DNA of 64,000 nt from Arcobacteraceae bacterium. GTDB taxonomy: Bacteria; Campylobacterota; Campylobacteria; Campylobacterales; Arcobacteraceae. The DNA lies in assembly GCA_048268245.1 (NCBI GenBank), contig JBLWVX010000012.1, positions 1-64,000 on the forward strand, in the 5' to 3' direction. The notes under the pieces are model-generated. The model ran no database searches and was not told the origin of the DNA. It saw nothing but the letters and a program-made list of their open reading frames with translations. Position 1 is the stretch's first letter; each line of letters opens with the position of its first letter. The position numbers were made by a program, and so were the translations under genes. This document shows, one piece after another, positions 9,677-19,556 of this stretch.

Positions 9677-10987
9677 CTAATTAGCTTTTTCCAAAAAGAG
9701 GGTAAACAAAGCTCCCTCTTTTTGATTTATAACTTCTATTTTACCTTCAAAACTATCTTCTATTATCTGTTTTACTAAATAAAGTCCTATACCTAAACCT
9801 TCATTTTTTGTAGTGTAGTATGGTTCAAAAATTTTATTTATATTTTTTATACCACCTGCATTATCAACTATTTTTATTACTACCTCTGCGCTTGAAGAGC
9901 TTAACTCTAATTTTATTTTTGGTTTCTCTAAGTTAATTAACTCATCTTTTGCATTTGTAAGTAAAGATAGTATTACTTGAGATAGTTCATTTAAAATTCC
10001 ATAAACCTCTATATTTTCATTTGTATTAATACTAAAATCAAGTTCTATATTGTACTTTTTTAAATCAGGGTCAATTATAGTTATAGCTTTTTGTATTGCA
10101 TCTTTTACTAAAAAGTTCTCTTTTTGTTTTAAAGGTGTATAAAACTGTCTAAAATCCTCTATTGTTTTAGATAGGTATTGTAACTGCTCATTTGCTTGTT
10201 GCATTTTTTTGAAAAAAAACTCATCATCTAATCTTTTATTTTCATATCTTTTTTTTAGATTCATCAAAATATACGAGATGTTATTTAAAGGCTGTCTAAA
10301 CTGATGGGTAATATTTTGAAGCATTTGTCCAGTTTTTGCAAGCTTTGATTGCTGGAATAGCATCTCTTCATAGTTTTGGCTTTGTTGTTTTAAACTATTG
10401 TATTTATAGGCTACTGACATAGTAAATAGCACTGCTTCAATAGAGAAAGCAACTGTTACTAAATCCATATAACCATTAGTTGTATAAAAGCCTTTAAAAT
10501 CACCAATAAAAAGTATCAAACAAAATACTGACCAACCAAGAACATAAACTAAAGTTGGCTTAACACCTTGCTTTAGATTAAAAATCACAGAGATAAATAA
10601 AACAGCATAAATAATAGTATAAGGTAGATACTCAAAAAGCATATAGTGATAAAAGGCTGTAAGTATCACTACATTTAATAAAAAAGTATTTAGTATCAGC
10701 TCTTTATAGTTTGTAATCTTAGGTATAAACTTTCCTTCATAGAAGTTTATAGCAAAAACCAAAGCACTTAAACTAGCAATAACTAAAGCTAACTCTTGAA
10801 CAAATATACTTATATCAAACATAGAACTATATGAAACTATATATACAAGTGAAGCTATTTGCATTAAACAGTAACTTATATAAAATATCTCTTTTGAGTA
10901 TATATACCTAACAAAAGTATATATGATTGTCATAAGAACAATTCCAAAAGTAATACCATAAGTTAAAACAAGAGCTAAATCATACAT
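9677..10987 (-). CDS. Multi-TM (7TM-DISM-like) sensor histidine kinase
   Basis: Hydrophobic N-half, H-box ITHQFRQPL, DNAGGI, FEPYYTTK, GLGIGLY. Confidence 0.92.
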   Translation of the reverse strand: MYDLALVLTYGITFGIVLMTIIYTFVRYIYSKEIFYISYCLMQIASLVYIVSYSSMFDISIFVQELALVIASLSALVFAINFYEGKFIPKITNYKELILNTFLLNVVILTAFYHYMLFEYLPYTIIYAVLFISVIFNLKQGVKPTLVYVLGWSVFCLILFIGDFKGFYTTNGYMDLVTVAFSIEAVLFTMSVAYKYNSLKQQSQNYEEMLFQQSKLAKTGQMLQNITHQFRQPLNNISYILMNLKKRYENKRLDDEFFFKKMQQANEQLQYLSKTIEDFRQFYTPLKQKENFLVKDAIQKAITIIDPDLKKYNIELDFSINTNENIEVYGILNELSQVILSLLTNAKDELINLEKPKIKLELSSSSAEVVIKIVDNAGGIKNINKIFEPYYTTKNEGLGIGLYLVKQIIEDSFEGKIEVINQKEGALFTLFLEKAN

Positions 10988-11660
10988 CTATTTTATAACC
11001 CACACCCCATTGATTTGAAATAAGCTCTTTTGGGATTTTTGTTTTCAGGTTTTTAACCAATGTCTTTAGAGCATCCTTACTCATAACATCATCTCTCCAA
11101 ACATAGTTTTCAATCTCACTATGAGTTACATATCTATTTTTATTTTTCAAAAGTAAAGATAAAAAATCAAGCTCTTTTACTCTAAGTTTTACAAGTTCAT
11201 CATTTTTAAATAAAGTTAAATTAAACATATCAAAACTAAACTGCTCATCTAACTTGATGATATTTGAACTATCTTCATTTAAAGCATTTACACAAAGACT
11301 TAGTGCCTCATCAAACTTTTTATCATCTACAGGCTTTACTAGATACTTTACAAGCTGTAACTCTATAGCCTTAAATAAATAGTCCTTATCACAAAAAGCA
11401 GAGATTACTATAACTTGTACTTTCTTATCTTTTTTTCTTATTTTTTGTATAAACTCTAAACCATTTAGCTTTGGCATTTGAATATCAGTGATTATAATAT
11501 GAGGTTGTTCTTTTTCATAAAGTTTTAAAGCCTCTAAAGCATTAGAAGCTTCAAATACAAAACCAAAATAGTTTTCTAAATACTCAACACCATTTTGTCT
11601 TGCTATATCATCATCTTCTACAAATAAAACTTTTATATTTTTAGTATCAATATTTTGCAT
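10980..11660 (-). CDS. OmpR-type response regulator
   Basis: VLFVEDD, TDIQMP and KP motifs plus C-terminal winged helix (GVGYKI). Probable start at MQNID (11660). Confidence 0.92.
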   Translation of the reverse strand: MQNIDTKNIKVLFVEDDDIARQNGVEYLENYFGFVFEASNALEALKLYEKEQPHIIITDIQMPKLNGLEFIQKIRKKDKKVQVIVISAFCDKDYLFKAIELQLVKYLVKPVDDKKFDEALSLCVNALNEDSSNIIKLDEQFSFDMFNLTLFKNDELVKLRVKELDFLSLLLKNKNRYVTHSEIENYVWRDDVMSKDALKTLVKNLKTKIPKELISNQWGVGYKIDV

Positions 11661-11701
11661 ATTTGTATTATATCTTAATTTCTTTATGATAAAATCCAAC
11701 T

Positions 11702-12235
11702 ATGAGAGAATATAAAACACAATCAAAAGAGATTATTTTAACAACAACAATAGATACACCATTAGGACAAATGTTTGCAGCAGCTACAAAAAAAGGTCTT
11801 GTGATGTTATGTTACTTCACACCTTTTAATATAGAAGCTAGAATAGATACTTTAAAGAAGAGTTTTGATGTGGACATCATTCCTTCAAACTGTGAGTATT
11901 TTGATATGCTAAGAGTACAACTTGATGAATATTTCAATAAACAAAGAACAAGTTTTGAGCTACCTATGCAGTTAGTTGGGTCTACTTTTCAAATACAAGT
12001 ATGGAAAGAACTTCTAAAAATTCCTTATGGACAAACAGCAACGTTTGAGCAAATAGCATCACAAATAGAAGGACTTAAATCAAAAAAAGCCTTAGAGAGC
12101 CCATGTGCTCAAAATATGTTAAATATCATAGTTCCTTGTCATAGAGTTATGAAAGAAGAGGGTGTTTCAAATATCTATGCAGGTGGAGATAGTAAAAAAG
12201 AGTTTCTACTTAATTTAGAAAACAAAAAATCTTAA
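11702..12235 (+). CDS. ogt: Methylated-DNA--protein-cysteine methyltransferase
   Basis: FQIQVW...IPYG and the active-site PCHRV motif. Confidence 0.85.
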   Translation: MREYKTQSKEIILTTTIDTPLGQMFAAATKKGLVMLCYFTPFNIEARIDTLKKSFDVDIIPSNCEYFDMLRVQLDEYFNKQRTSFELPMQLVGSTFQIQVWKELLKIPYGQTATFEQIASQIEGLKSKKALESPCAQNMLNIIVPCHRVMKEEGVSNIYAGGDSKKEFLLNLENKKS

Positions 12236-12268
12236 GTATAATACTCAAAATTATTAAGAAGTAAAGAA

Positions 12269-13678
12269 TTGATAGATAAAAATATTTTTAGACAGTATGA
12301 TATTAGAGGAGTTGTAAATAAACAACTTACAAAAGAAAACACAAAAATCATAGCCTATCACTTAGGTATTCAGATACAGAAAAAAAGCTGTAAAAATGCC
12401 TATATTGTAGTTGGCTACGATGTAAGAAAACACTCAAAAATGCTTTTTAAAGCACTTGTTAGTGGACTTAATGCTTCAGGATGTAGAGTTTTAAACTGTG
12501 GTTTAGTTGCAACTGGTGTTAACTATTTTGCATCTTTCCAAAGCTTTAAAATAAAAAATCAAAAAATAAAACCAAATGCTTCTATTATGATTACAGGAAG
12601 TCACAATGCCAAAAAATATAATGGTTTTAAAATAACAGTAAACAATGAACCTTTTTTTGCAGATGATTTAATAAAAGTTTATAAGCAAATCAAGAAAAAT
12701 CCTGATATAAAAATCAAAAAAGATTTATCACACGAAAAAATAAATGCAAGAAAGCTTTATATAGACTATATGATTAAACAGTTTTCACATTTACAAGGCT
12801 TTAAAGAAAAGTTTGCAATAGATTGTGGAAATGGCGTTGCTAATACTGTTATATGTAAAATACTTGATAAACTTGATTTAAAGTATAAAGCTTTAAATAC
12901 AATTCCAGATGGAAACTTTCCAAACCACCATCCAGACCCATCTAAAGAGAAAAACCTTGCTAGTTTAAAAAAACTTCTAAAAGATGATATAAATCTTGGT
13001 TTTGCATATGATGGAGATGCTGATAGAATTGCTGTATTAACACAAAAACACAATATAAAAGGTGACACTTTAGCTTATCTTTTCTCAACAACTATGAAAA
13101 ACCCTGTGATTATTGGAGAGGTTACTTACTCTCAAAATATATTTGATGAGATAAATAATCATGGTAAAACTGTTATGGATAAAACAGGTTATTCAAACTT
13201 AAGATTGAAACTAAAAGAGTTAAATGCTGATTTAGCAGCAGAAGTATCAGGACATATTTTCTTCAATGATAGATATTATGGATATGATGATGCTATTTAT
13301 GCAACACTTAGAGTCTTAGAACTAGTTTTCAAAGGTATAAACCTTGATAAGCAAATAGCTAAGCTTCCGAGTGTTTATACAAGTCCTAATATAGAAATGT
13401 TTATAAGTGAAGACATTAAATTTGCTTTAATAAAAAAACTAAAACAAGAGATTAAAAAGCCTCAAAGGGGATTTCCTGTAATAAAAGAGGTAATTAAAAT
13501 AGATGGTATTAGAATAGTGTTTGAGTATGGTTGGGCTTTAGTTAGAGCTTCAAACACAGAACCAAAGCTAGTTACTAAATATGAAGCTACTTCTCATGCT
13601 ACAGCTATTTCTTATCAAATGGCTGTAGAAAATTTAATAAAAAAGGTATTAAATGAACTTAATAGCACTTCAAGTTAA
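12269..13678 (+). CDS. Phosphomannomutase/phosphoglucomutase
   Basis: FRQYDIRG, ITGSHN, DGDADR and RASNTEP. Confidence 0.93.
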   Translation: MIDKNIFRQYDIRGVVNKQLTKENTKIIAYHLGIQIQKKSCKNAYIVVGYDVRKHSKMLFKALVSGLNASGCRVLNCGLVATGVNYFASFQSFKIKNQKIKPNASIMITGSHNAKKYNGFKITVNNEPFFADDLIKVYKQIKKNPDIKIKKDLSHEKINARKLYIDYMIKQFSHLQGFKEKFAIDCGNGVANTVICKILDKLDLKYKALNTIPDGNFPNHHPDPSKEKNLASLKKLLKDDINLGFAYDGDADRIAVLTQKHNIKGDTLAYLFSTTMKNPVIIGEVTYSQNIFDEINNHGKTVMDKTGYSNLRLKLKELNADLAAEVSGHIFFNDRYYGYDDAIYATLRVLELVFKGINLDKQIAKLPSVYTSPNIEMFISEDIKFALIKKLKQEIKKPQRGFPVIKEVIKIDGIRIVFEYGWALVRASNTEPKLVTKYEATSHATAISYQMAVENLIKKVLNELNSTSS

Positions 13679-14378
13679 AACGAGTAAAGATTTTCAAAAA
13701 AACTTGGAGCATTTAAAAAGTTTGATTCAAAAGTGTGAAGAAAACTCTATTATTTTAGCCCCTGAGATAGCTCTTAGTGGTTTTTGTTATGATAGGATGC
13801 AAGAAGCTTCAAACTTTAGTATAAAGGCTATAGAAGAGATAAAAGAACTAGCTTTTAATAAAACGATTGCTTTGACTTTTATTACTAAAAAAGATGATAA
13901 ATATTATAACACTTTACATGTATTTCATAAGCAAGAGATTTTGCATACTCAATCAAAAGTTCAATTATTCCCTTTAGGAAATGAACTTGAACACTTTGAA
14001 GCAGGAAATAAAGAAGATATAAAAATTCTTGATATAAACGGTCTTAAAGTAGCCACACTTATTTGTTTTGAGCTTAGATTTCCTCAACTTTGGGAAAAAG
14101 TAAAAGGTGCTGATATTATTTTAAATCCTGCAATGTGGGGAATAAAAAGAAAAGACCACTATGAAACTATCTCTAAATCCCTAGCTCTTGTAAATCAGTG
14201 TTTCGTAATTGCAAGTAATAGTGCAGATGATAATATGGCAAAAGGAAGTGCTATTATCTCACCTTTTGGAAATGTAGTAAAAGATGATGAAAAAGAGATT
14301 ATCAAAGTAAGTGCTGATTTAAATGAAATAAAAAAAGTTAGAAAATATATAAATATAGGATTAGATGAAAATGAGTAA
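13653..14378 (+). CDS. Carbon-nitrogen hydrolase (nitrilase family)
   Basis: Catalytic E/K/C pattern: APE, SKVQLF, ICFELRFP. Confidence 0.9.
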   Translation: MNLIALQVKTSKDFQKNLEHLKSLIQKCEENSIILAPEIALSGFCYDRMQEASNFSIKAIEEIKELAFNKTIALTFITKKDDKYYNTLHVFHKQEILHTQSKVQLFPLGNELEHFEAGNKEDIKILDINGLKVATLICFELRFPQLWEKVKGADIILNPAMWGIKRKDHYETISKSLALVNQCFVIASNSADDNMAKGSAIISPFGNVVKDDEKEIIKVSADLNEIKKVRKYINIGLDENE

Positions 14379-14820
14379 AGTAAAATCAATTATCTTTGTT
14401 TGTCTTGGAAATATCTGTAGATCTCCAATAGCACAAGGAGTAGGGCAAAGATACGCTAAACAGAATAATCTTGACTTAGATGTACAAAGTGCTGGAACAG
14501 GTGATTGGCATATAGGAGAGCCTCCTTGTGAAAACTCTATAAAAGTTTGTAAACATAATGGTCTTGATATTTCAAAACAAAGAGCTCAGCAAGTAACTAT
14601 AGAAGATTTAAAAAAATATGACTTGGTTATAGGATTAGATGACTCAAATATTGCGAACCTTAAAAAACTAGGTGCAAAAGATGTACTAAAACTAGGAGAT
14701 TTTGGATTTGATGGGCAAGATGTGCCTGATCCATACTTTTTTGAAGGTTTTGAAGGTTTTGATAAAGTTTATGAAATGATTGAAATTTGTGTAGAAAATC
14801 TGATTAAGGAAAAATGCTAA
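14365..14820 (+). CDS. Low-molecular-weight protein-tyrosine phosphatase
   Basis: VCLGNICRS P-loop and DPY. Confidence 0.95.
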   Translation: MKMSKVKSIIFVCLGNICRSPIAQGVGQRYAKQNNLDLDVQSAGTGDWHIGEPPCENSIKVCKHNGLDISKQRAQQVTIEDLKKYDLVIGLDDSNIANLKKLGAKDVLKLGDFGFDGQDVPDPYFFEGFEGFDKVYEMIEICVENLIKEKC

Positions 14821-14832
14821 AAGATAGATTTA

Positions 14833-15042
14833 TTAATCTATCTTCATAGCTTCTTTAATTTCTTCAAAAGGTATACCATTTCTTTTGGCCATTAATGCCA
14901 TATTTACTATTCTTACTATATGACTTGGTATACTTTTATATGTTGTAAAAGTTGTAGCTTTTACACCTATATTCTCTGCAAAACTCTTTTGTGAAGAGAA
15001 ACCTATTTCTTTTATTGTTTTCTTAAATTCTCTTTTTTCCAA
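14833..15042 (-). CDS. Small Cro/XRE-like helix-turn-helix protein
   Basis: SQKSFAENIGVKATTF is HTH-like; 69 aa with a TTG start. Confidence 0.6.
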   Translation of the reverse strand: MEKREFKKTIKEIGFSSQKSFAENIGVKATTFTTYKSIPSHIVRIVNMALMAKRNGIPFEEIKEAMKID

Positions 15043-15138
15043 TTTTTATAACTCGTTAAAATTTTTTCGGAATTATATTCTTAAAAGCTAAATACTAGAT
15101 TAAATTAAGGCATAAAACTAGTAATTTATAGTTAGAAT

Positions 15139-15174
15139 TTGACAAATAATCTGATTTTATATATAATGCGCGCC
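15139..15174 (+). promoter_or_regulatory. Perfect sigma70 promoter with GC-rich discriminator
   Basis: TTGACA (15139-44), 17 bp, TATAAT (15162-67), then GCGCGCC. Confidence 0.85.
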
Positions 15175-15204
15175 AAAATTAAGTGAAAATAAAGGAGACC
15201 TTTA

Positions 15205-15702
15205 ATGAATTTGAAAATAATTCTATTTGTTTCACTGTTAATTAGTAATATCTTCGCAACTAATTTCAACCCTTCAAAACTGACAAAAGAAGATATTAAA
15301 ATGTTAAAACTAATTAAAAAACAAGGTGCAAAATATGGTCTTAGCTACTCATTAATGGCAATAGCTATTAAAGAGTCTTCAATAGGTAAATACCTTGTAA
15401 ATGTTAATAGTAAAGATTTTGGTTTATACCAAGCAAATATTAAAACTGTTATAAGCAGAGAAAAAGTAAGAGATACTTCATGGAATAGAAATAGATATGC
15501 CATGAAACTTATTTCAGACTTTGAATTTGCAACAAAAAATGCAATTGCTGAACTTAAATACTGGAAAAAAGTTCATAAAAATGATTGGAGAAGAGTATGG
15601 AGTAGTTATAATGGTGGTTGGAGTTATAACTCAAAAAGAGCTAGAAAATACTCAAGAGATATTGCTTCCATTGTTAGAAAATTAAAAAAAGCAAATGTTT
15701 AA
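15205..15702 (+). CDS. Exported lysozyme-like / SLT-domain transglycosylase
   Basis: Signal peptide, AIAIKESS (catalytic Glu), GLYQ and YNGG. Confidence 0.8.
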   Translation: MNLKIILFVSLLISNIFATNFNPSKLTKEDIKMLKLIKKQGAKYGLSYSLMAIAIKESSIGKYLVNVNSKDFGLYQANIKTVISREKVRDTSWNRNRYAMKLISDFEFATKNAIAELKYWKKVHKNDWRRVWSSYNGGWSYNSKRARKYSRDIASIVRKLKKANV

Positions 15703-15734
15703 AAATTTTAAATATAACTAGATTCTAGTTATAT

Positions 15735-16232
15735 TTAATCAACTTCTACTTCCTTATCTTCAACTTTCTGAGAATAAATCGTTTCTTTTCCTGATGCCAA
15801 AATCCTAGCTTGATCTACCCACTGATATTTCTTAACACAACCTGGCAATTGAAGAAACTCTTCTATCCAATCTGCATTTTTACTTGTCCATTTTGCAATT
15901 TGATCAAAATGAAAAATACCAATATTATTTAAATCTTTTTCAATTTTAGAATTTATACCTTTTATTTTTTTAAGATTATCTTTTCCTGCTTGTCGTGGAC
16001 TTGATAAAATTAAAGGTTTATTATCTACACTTGAATTCTTCTTAAAGATAGGATTGATATTAGACCTTCTAGCATTTGGCTGTAAACTTGCACCATCATC
16101 TATTTTGTCTGTATTATCTACTGGTGGCGAATATGAAACTTTTGAGGCTCTTCCTAAAACAAAGCCTATTAAAAGACCTACAAATGCTGCTATTATTAAG
16201 TTTACAACTATTAAAGAAGCTATCTCTAACAT
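15735..16232 (-). CDS. Membrane-anchored protein with C-terminal helix-hairpin-helix-like domain
   Basis: N-terminal TM; DNLKKIKGI...GIFHFDQIAKW...WVDQA. Confidence 0.7.
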   Translation of the reverse strand: MLEIASLIVVNLIIAAFVGLLIGFVLGRASKVSYSPPVDNTDKIDDGASLQPNARRSNINPIFKKNSSVDNKPLILSSPRQAGKDNLKKIKGINSKIEKDLNNIGIFHFDQIAKWTSKNADWIEEFLQLPGCVKKYQWVDQARILASGKETIYSQKVEDKEVEVD

Positions 16233-17059
16233 CAGTTTTCTCCTATTATATTAATTTCAACTCTTCTGTTTATTTCAGATAAACCATTTTTATCATCTTT
16301 TACTATTGGGAACTTTTCACCATAACCAACAGCTTTTAATCTATCTTTGTTAATTCCTAATGAACTTAATGATTTTTTTACACTATTTGCTCTATCTTGC
16401 GATATTCTTAAGTTTAATGAGGCTCTACCTCTAGAATCAGTATGACCTGCAATTTCTACTTTAATATTCTCATGCTCTTTTAAAATATCTGCAACTTTTT
16501 GAACACTTGAAAAAGACTCTGTTGTGATATCAACACTTCTTCTTTTGAAGATAATTTTATTCTCTTTTAAAATAGTATTTATTTGCTCTTGGATTTCTTT
16601 AGGTGTAATACTAGGTTCTTCAATAACCTCTTCTTCTTTTAGAGATTCTTCTTGTTTTTCTTGAGTATCTTCAACCTTGTCTACACTATTTTGGTTTTCA
16701 TCTTGATTTAATATTTCTTCTTGTTTAACTTCTTCATCTACCATATCATTACCAGAAATTAATTTATCTTGAACTTGCTCTTCACTTTGTTTAATTTCAC
16801 TTTCTAAATTTGTATTAGATTGATTAGTTGATTCTAAACTATCTTTTAATAGTTCATCTTTAATTTTTAGGGCTTTATTTTTTATCTCTTCTATATAATT
16901 AATAACAACTTGCGTATCAAAATTTATAAGTTTTTCATTAGTACTTACTGTTTGTGCAGAATTATCTTGCATTTTACTATAATCAAAACTAACTACAGTA
17001 TAAACTATTAAAGCTATTAAGATAAATAGTAACGAAAAAATCTTTGTACCAAATGACAT
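16232..17059 (-). CDS. OmpA/MotB-like peptidoglycan-binding protein
   Basis: IAGHTDSRG...NLRISQDRA...GYGE...NRRVEI; N-terminal TM and acidic linker. Confidence 0.9.
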   Translation of the reverse strand: MSFGTKIFSLLFILIALIVYTVVSFDYSKMQDNSAQTVSTNEKLINFDTQVVINYIEEIKNKALKIKDELLKDSLESTNQSNTNLESEIKQSEEQVQDKLISGNDMVDEEVKQEEILNQDENQNSVDKVEDTQEKQEESLKEEEVIEEPSITPKEIQEQINTILKENKIIFKRRSVDITTESFSSVQKVADILKEHENIKVEIAGHTDSRGRASLNLRISQDRANSVKKSLSSLGINKDRLKAVGYGEKFPIVKDDKNGLSEINRRVEINIIGEN

Positions 17060-17253
17060 ATTTTACTCCCTAAAAAAGGTAGATTATTTAAAAGCTATAT
17101 TATATATAAAGTTTATAAAAAATAACTGTAATAGTGAGTTTTTTTCAACTAAATTTTAACTTATATATAATAAATAGTTTGAAAATTTTATATTATTATA
17201 AAAATAGTATTAATTAGATATAATATGCCACCAAAAATAGCAAAGGATTTTAA

Positions 17254-18474
17254 ATGCAACATATTATAAATTCAGCTCAAACTTGCCTTGATTGTAAAAA
17301 ACCAAAATGCCAAAAAGGTTGTCCTGTAGGTACTCCAATTGCTGAAATGATTAGACTATTTTTATCAGGAGAGATAAAAGAAGCAGGACAAAAAGTGTTT
17401 GAAAACAATCCCTTATCTATTATTTGCTCACTTGTTTGTCCTCATGAGAAGCATTGTGAAGGTCACTGTATTTTAAATAAAAAATACACACCTGTAAATG
17501 TAGGTGGAATTGAAAACTATATTTCAACTTACTATATGAATTATAGAGAGTTTGAGAAACCTGAACAAATTGGTAGAAACATAGCTATTATTGGTTCAGG
17601 ACCTGCTGGAATAAGCTTAGCTATGATTATGGCTTTAAAAGGTTATAGTATTACTATGTATGAAGCAAATGATAAAATAGGTGGAGTTCTTAGATTTGGT
17701 ATTCCTGACTTTAGACTTGATAAAACTATTCTTGATAAAGTTGAAGAAAACCTTTTAAAACTTGGTGTTAAAATTAGAAAAAATATCATGATAGGGAAAA
17801 ATATAACTATAGATGATTTATTTAGAGATGAGTTTGATGCTGTATTTATAGGAACTGGTGTTTGGAGACCAAAAAAACTTGGAATTAAAGGTGAGAGTTT
17901 AGGAAATGTACACTTTGCTATCGATTATTTAAAAACTCCAAAAGCTTATGACTTAGGTAAAAAAGTTATAGTTGTAGGTGCTGGAAATGTTGCTATGGAT
18001 GTTGCTAGAACTGTTATTAGAAATGGGGCGAGAGAAGTTCAAATCATGTATAGAAAAGATGAACAGAGTATGCCTGCTGAAAGAATAGAGATTGAACATG
18101 CAAAAATAGATGGTGTAAAATTTAATCTATTCAAATCTCCTTTAGAGTTTACAGAAGACGGAATAAAGTATGAAACAACAAACCCTCAAGAAGAAAAAAC
18201 TCAAGGTTTTGAACAAGCTGATTCTATATTAGTTGCTATTTCCCAAACAGCTAGAGATTTAATTGTAAAAAATAATGCTGGTTTATACTTAGGAGATGAT
18301 GGTCTTTTAGAAAGTGATGAAAATGGTTGCACTACAAGAAAAGGTGTTTTCGCCTCAGGTGATGTAGTTACAGGTGCAAGAACAGTAGTTGAAGCTGTAG
18401 CTTTCTCAAAAAGAGTTGCTGTTGCTATTGAAGAATATATCAGTACTTTGCCACCAAAGAATAAAGCTTCTTAA
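17254..18474 (+). CDS. GltD/NfnB-like NAD(P)-dependent Fe-S flavoprotein
   Basis: CLDCKKPKCQKGCP, CSLVCPHEKHCEGHC, GSGPAG and GAGNVAMD. Confidence 0.88.
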   Translation: MQHIINSAQTCLDCKKPKCQKGCPVGTPIAEMIRLFLSGEIKEAGQKVFENNPLSIICSLVCPHEKHCEGHCILNKKYTPVNVGGIENYISTYYMNYREFEKPEQIGRNIAIIGSGPAGISLAMIMALKGYSITMYEANDKIGGVLRFGIPDFRLDKTILDKVEENLLKLGVKIRKNIMIGKNITIDDLFRDEFDAVFIGTGVWRPKKLGIKGESLGNVHFAIDYLKTPKAYDLGKKVIVVGAGNVAMDVARTVIRNGAREVQIMYRKDEQSMPAERIEIEHAKIDGVKFNLFKSPLEFTEDGIKYETTNPQEEKTQGFEQADSILVAISQTARDLIVKNNAGLYLGDDGLLESDENGCTTRKGVFASGDVVTGARTVVEAVAFSKRVAVAIEEYISTLPPKNKAS

Positions 18475-18899
18475 AGCTTATTCTTTTCATATAAAAACTT
18501 AAAAATCTCATTTTGAGTTTTTATATATTTATCTAATTCTTCTTTTCCAACAAGTAAGCTAAGTTCATCCTGTGTCTTTTGAATAAACTTATTTGCTTTA
18601 TTAATTAAATCTTCACTTTTAGATGTTAAAAGAACTCTTTTCTCTTTTTTATTTACTTCTTGCAAAAAAATAAGATAACCCAACTTTTCAAGTTTTTTCA
18701 GATTTTTATGCATAGCCTGTCTTGAATATCCAAGCTTTTTTGCAAGACTTGAAATAGAGATATTTTCGTACTCTTTAATATATGGGAAAATAGTTATAAG
18801 AGAACTTGATAGACCTAGAAAACCACATTTTTCTAACTCTTTTAAAATTAATTCATTAAAAACTTTACTTGTTTCTAAAGATAAAAAGCATAGCGACAT
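18471..18899 (-). CDS. MarR-family regulator
   Basis: ISSLAKKLGYSRQAMHKNLKKLEKLGY winged-helix pattern. Confidence 0.85.
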   Translation of the reverse strand: MSLCFLSLETSKVFNELILKELEKCGFLGLSSSLITIFPYIKEYENISISSLAKKLGYSRQAMHKNLKKLEKLGYLIFLQEVNKKEKRVLLTSKSEDLINKANKFIQKTQDELSLLVGKEELDKYIKTQNEIFKFLYEKNKL

Positions 18900-18901
18900 T
18901 T

Positions 18902-18941
18902 TGTAAACCTAATTGACATTATTATATTTTTAGTATAAAAT
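18902..18941 (+). promoter_or_regulatory. Promoter of the monooxygenase gene with an overlapping imperfect palindrome (candidate MarR operator)
   Basis: TGTAAAC-CTA-ATTGACA overlaps -35 TTGACA (18913-18); TAAAAT follows 17 bp later. Confidence 0.5.
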
Positions 18942-18967
18942 TACACCAAATTTTAAAGGAGTATAAC

Positions 18968-19273
18968 ATGAAATACCTTATGCAGATTGACTTTCCTCAT
19001 GAAGGCCCTTTTGGTGATAAATTAACTGCTGCTATGAGTGATTTAGCAAAAGATATTGCAAATGAAAATGGTTTGATATTTAAATTATGGACAGAAAATG
19101 AAGATACAAAAGAAGCTGGAGGAATCTATGTTTTTGATAATATTGAAGATGCAAAAAGATATTTAGCAAAACATACAGCAAGACTAGAATCTTTTGGATA
19201 TACAGATATCAAAAGCAAAATATTTACAATAAATGAAGAGCTAAGTAAATTAAGTAAATCTACTTTTCTTTAA
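18968..19273 (+). CDS. ydhR: YdhR-like putative monooxygenase
   Basis: QIDFP..GPFG, KLWTEN...EAGGIYVF and YLAKHTARL. Confidence 0.85.
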   Translation: MKYLMQIDFPHEGPFGDKLTAAMSDLAKDIANENGLIFKLWTENEDTKEAGGIYVFDNIEDAKRYLAKHTARLESFGYTDIKSKIFTINEELSKLSKSTFL

Positions 19274-19296
19274 AGTTTAAAAGAGGTGTATAAATA

Positions 19297-19449
19297 CTAT
19301 TTTTTTATATCAAGCTTAAAACATGCACCTCTTTGAGCTTCACCTTCATGGTCAAAATCTTTATTGTTACTTATTTCAAGTTTAATAATCCTTTGTTTAT
19401 CTTGAACCTTATCAAGCTCTTCAAGTGCATTTAAAATAATATTTTTCAA
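19297..19449 (-). pseudogene. Remnant of a histidine-kinase ATPase domain
   Basis: 50-aa frame MKNIILNALEEL...IIKLEIS...GACFKLDIKK*: N-box-like start and GAxF end, with the G1/F/G2 boxes missing. Confidence 0.5.
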
Positions 19450-19477
19450 ACTAAACTCTTTTCTTATATCTTAACTT

Positions 19478-19521
19478 CATTGATTTATATCAATGTTTTG
19501 TCTTTTGAATACTTCTATAAT
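19478..19521 (+). promoter_or_regulatory. Crp/Fnr-family box and -10 element of the hcp promoter
   Basis: CATTGAT-TTAT-ATCAATG (TTGAT-N4-ATCAA at 19480-93); TATAAT at 19516-21. Confidence 0.8.
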
Positions 19522-19556
19522 TCTGTAAATTTTGAAAAATAAAAAAGGATGAAAAC

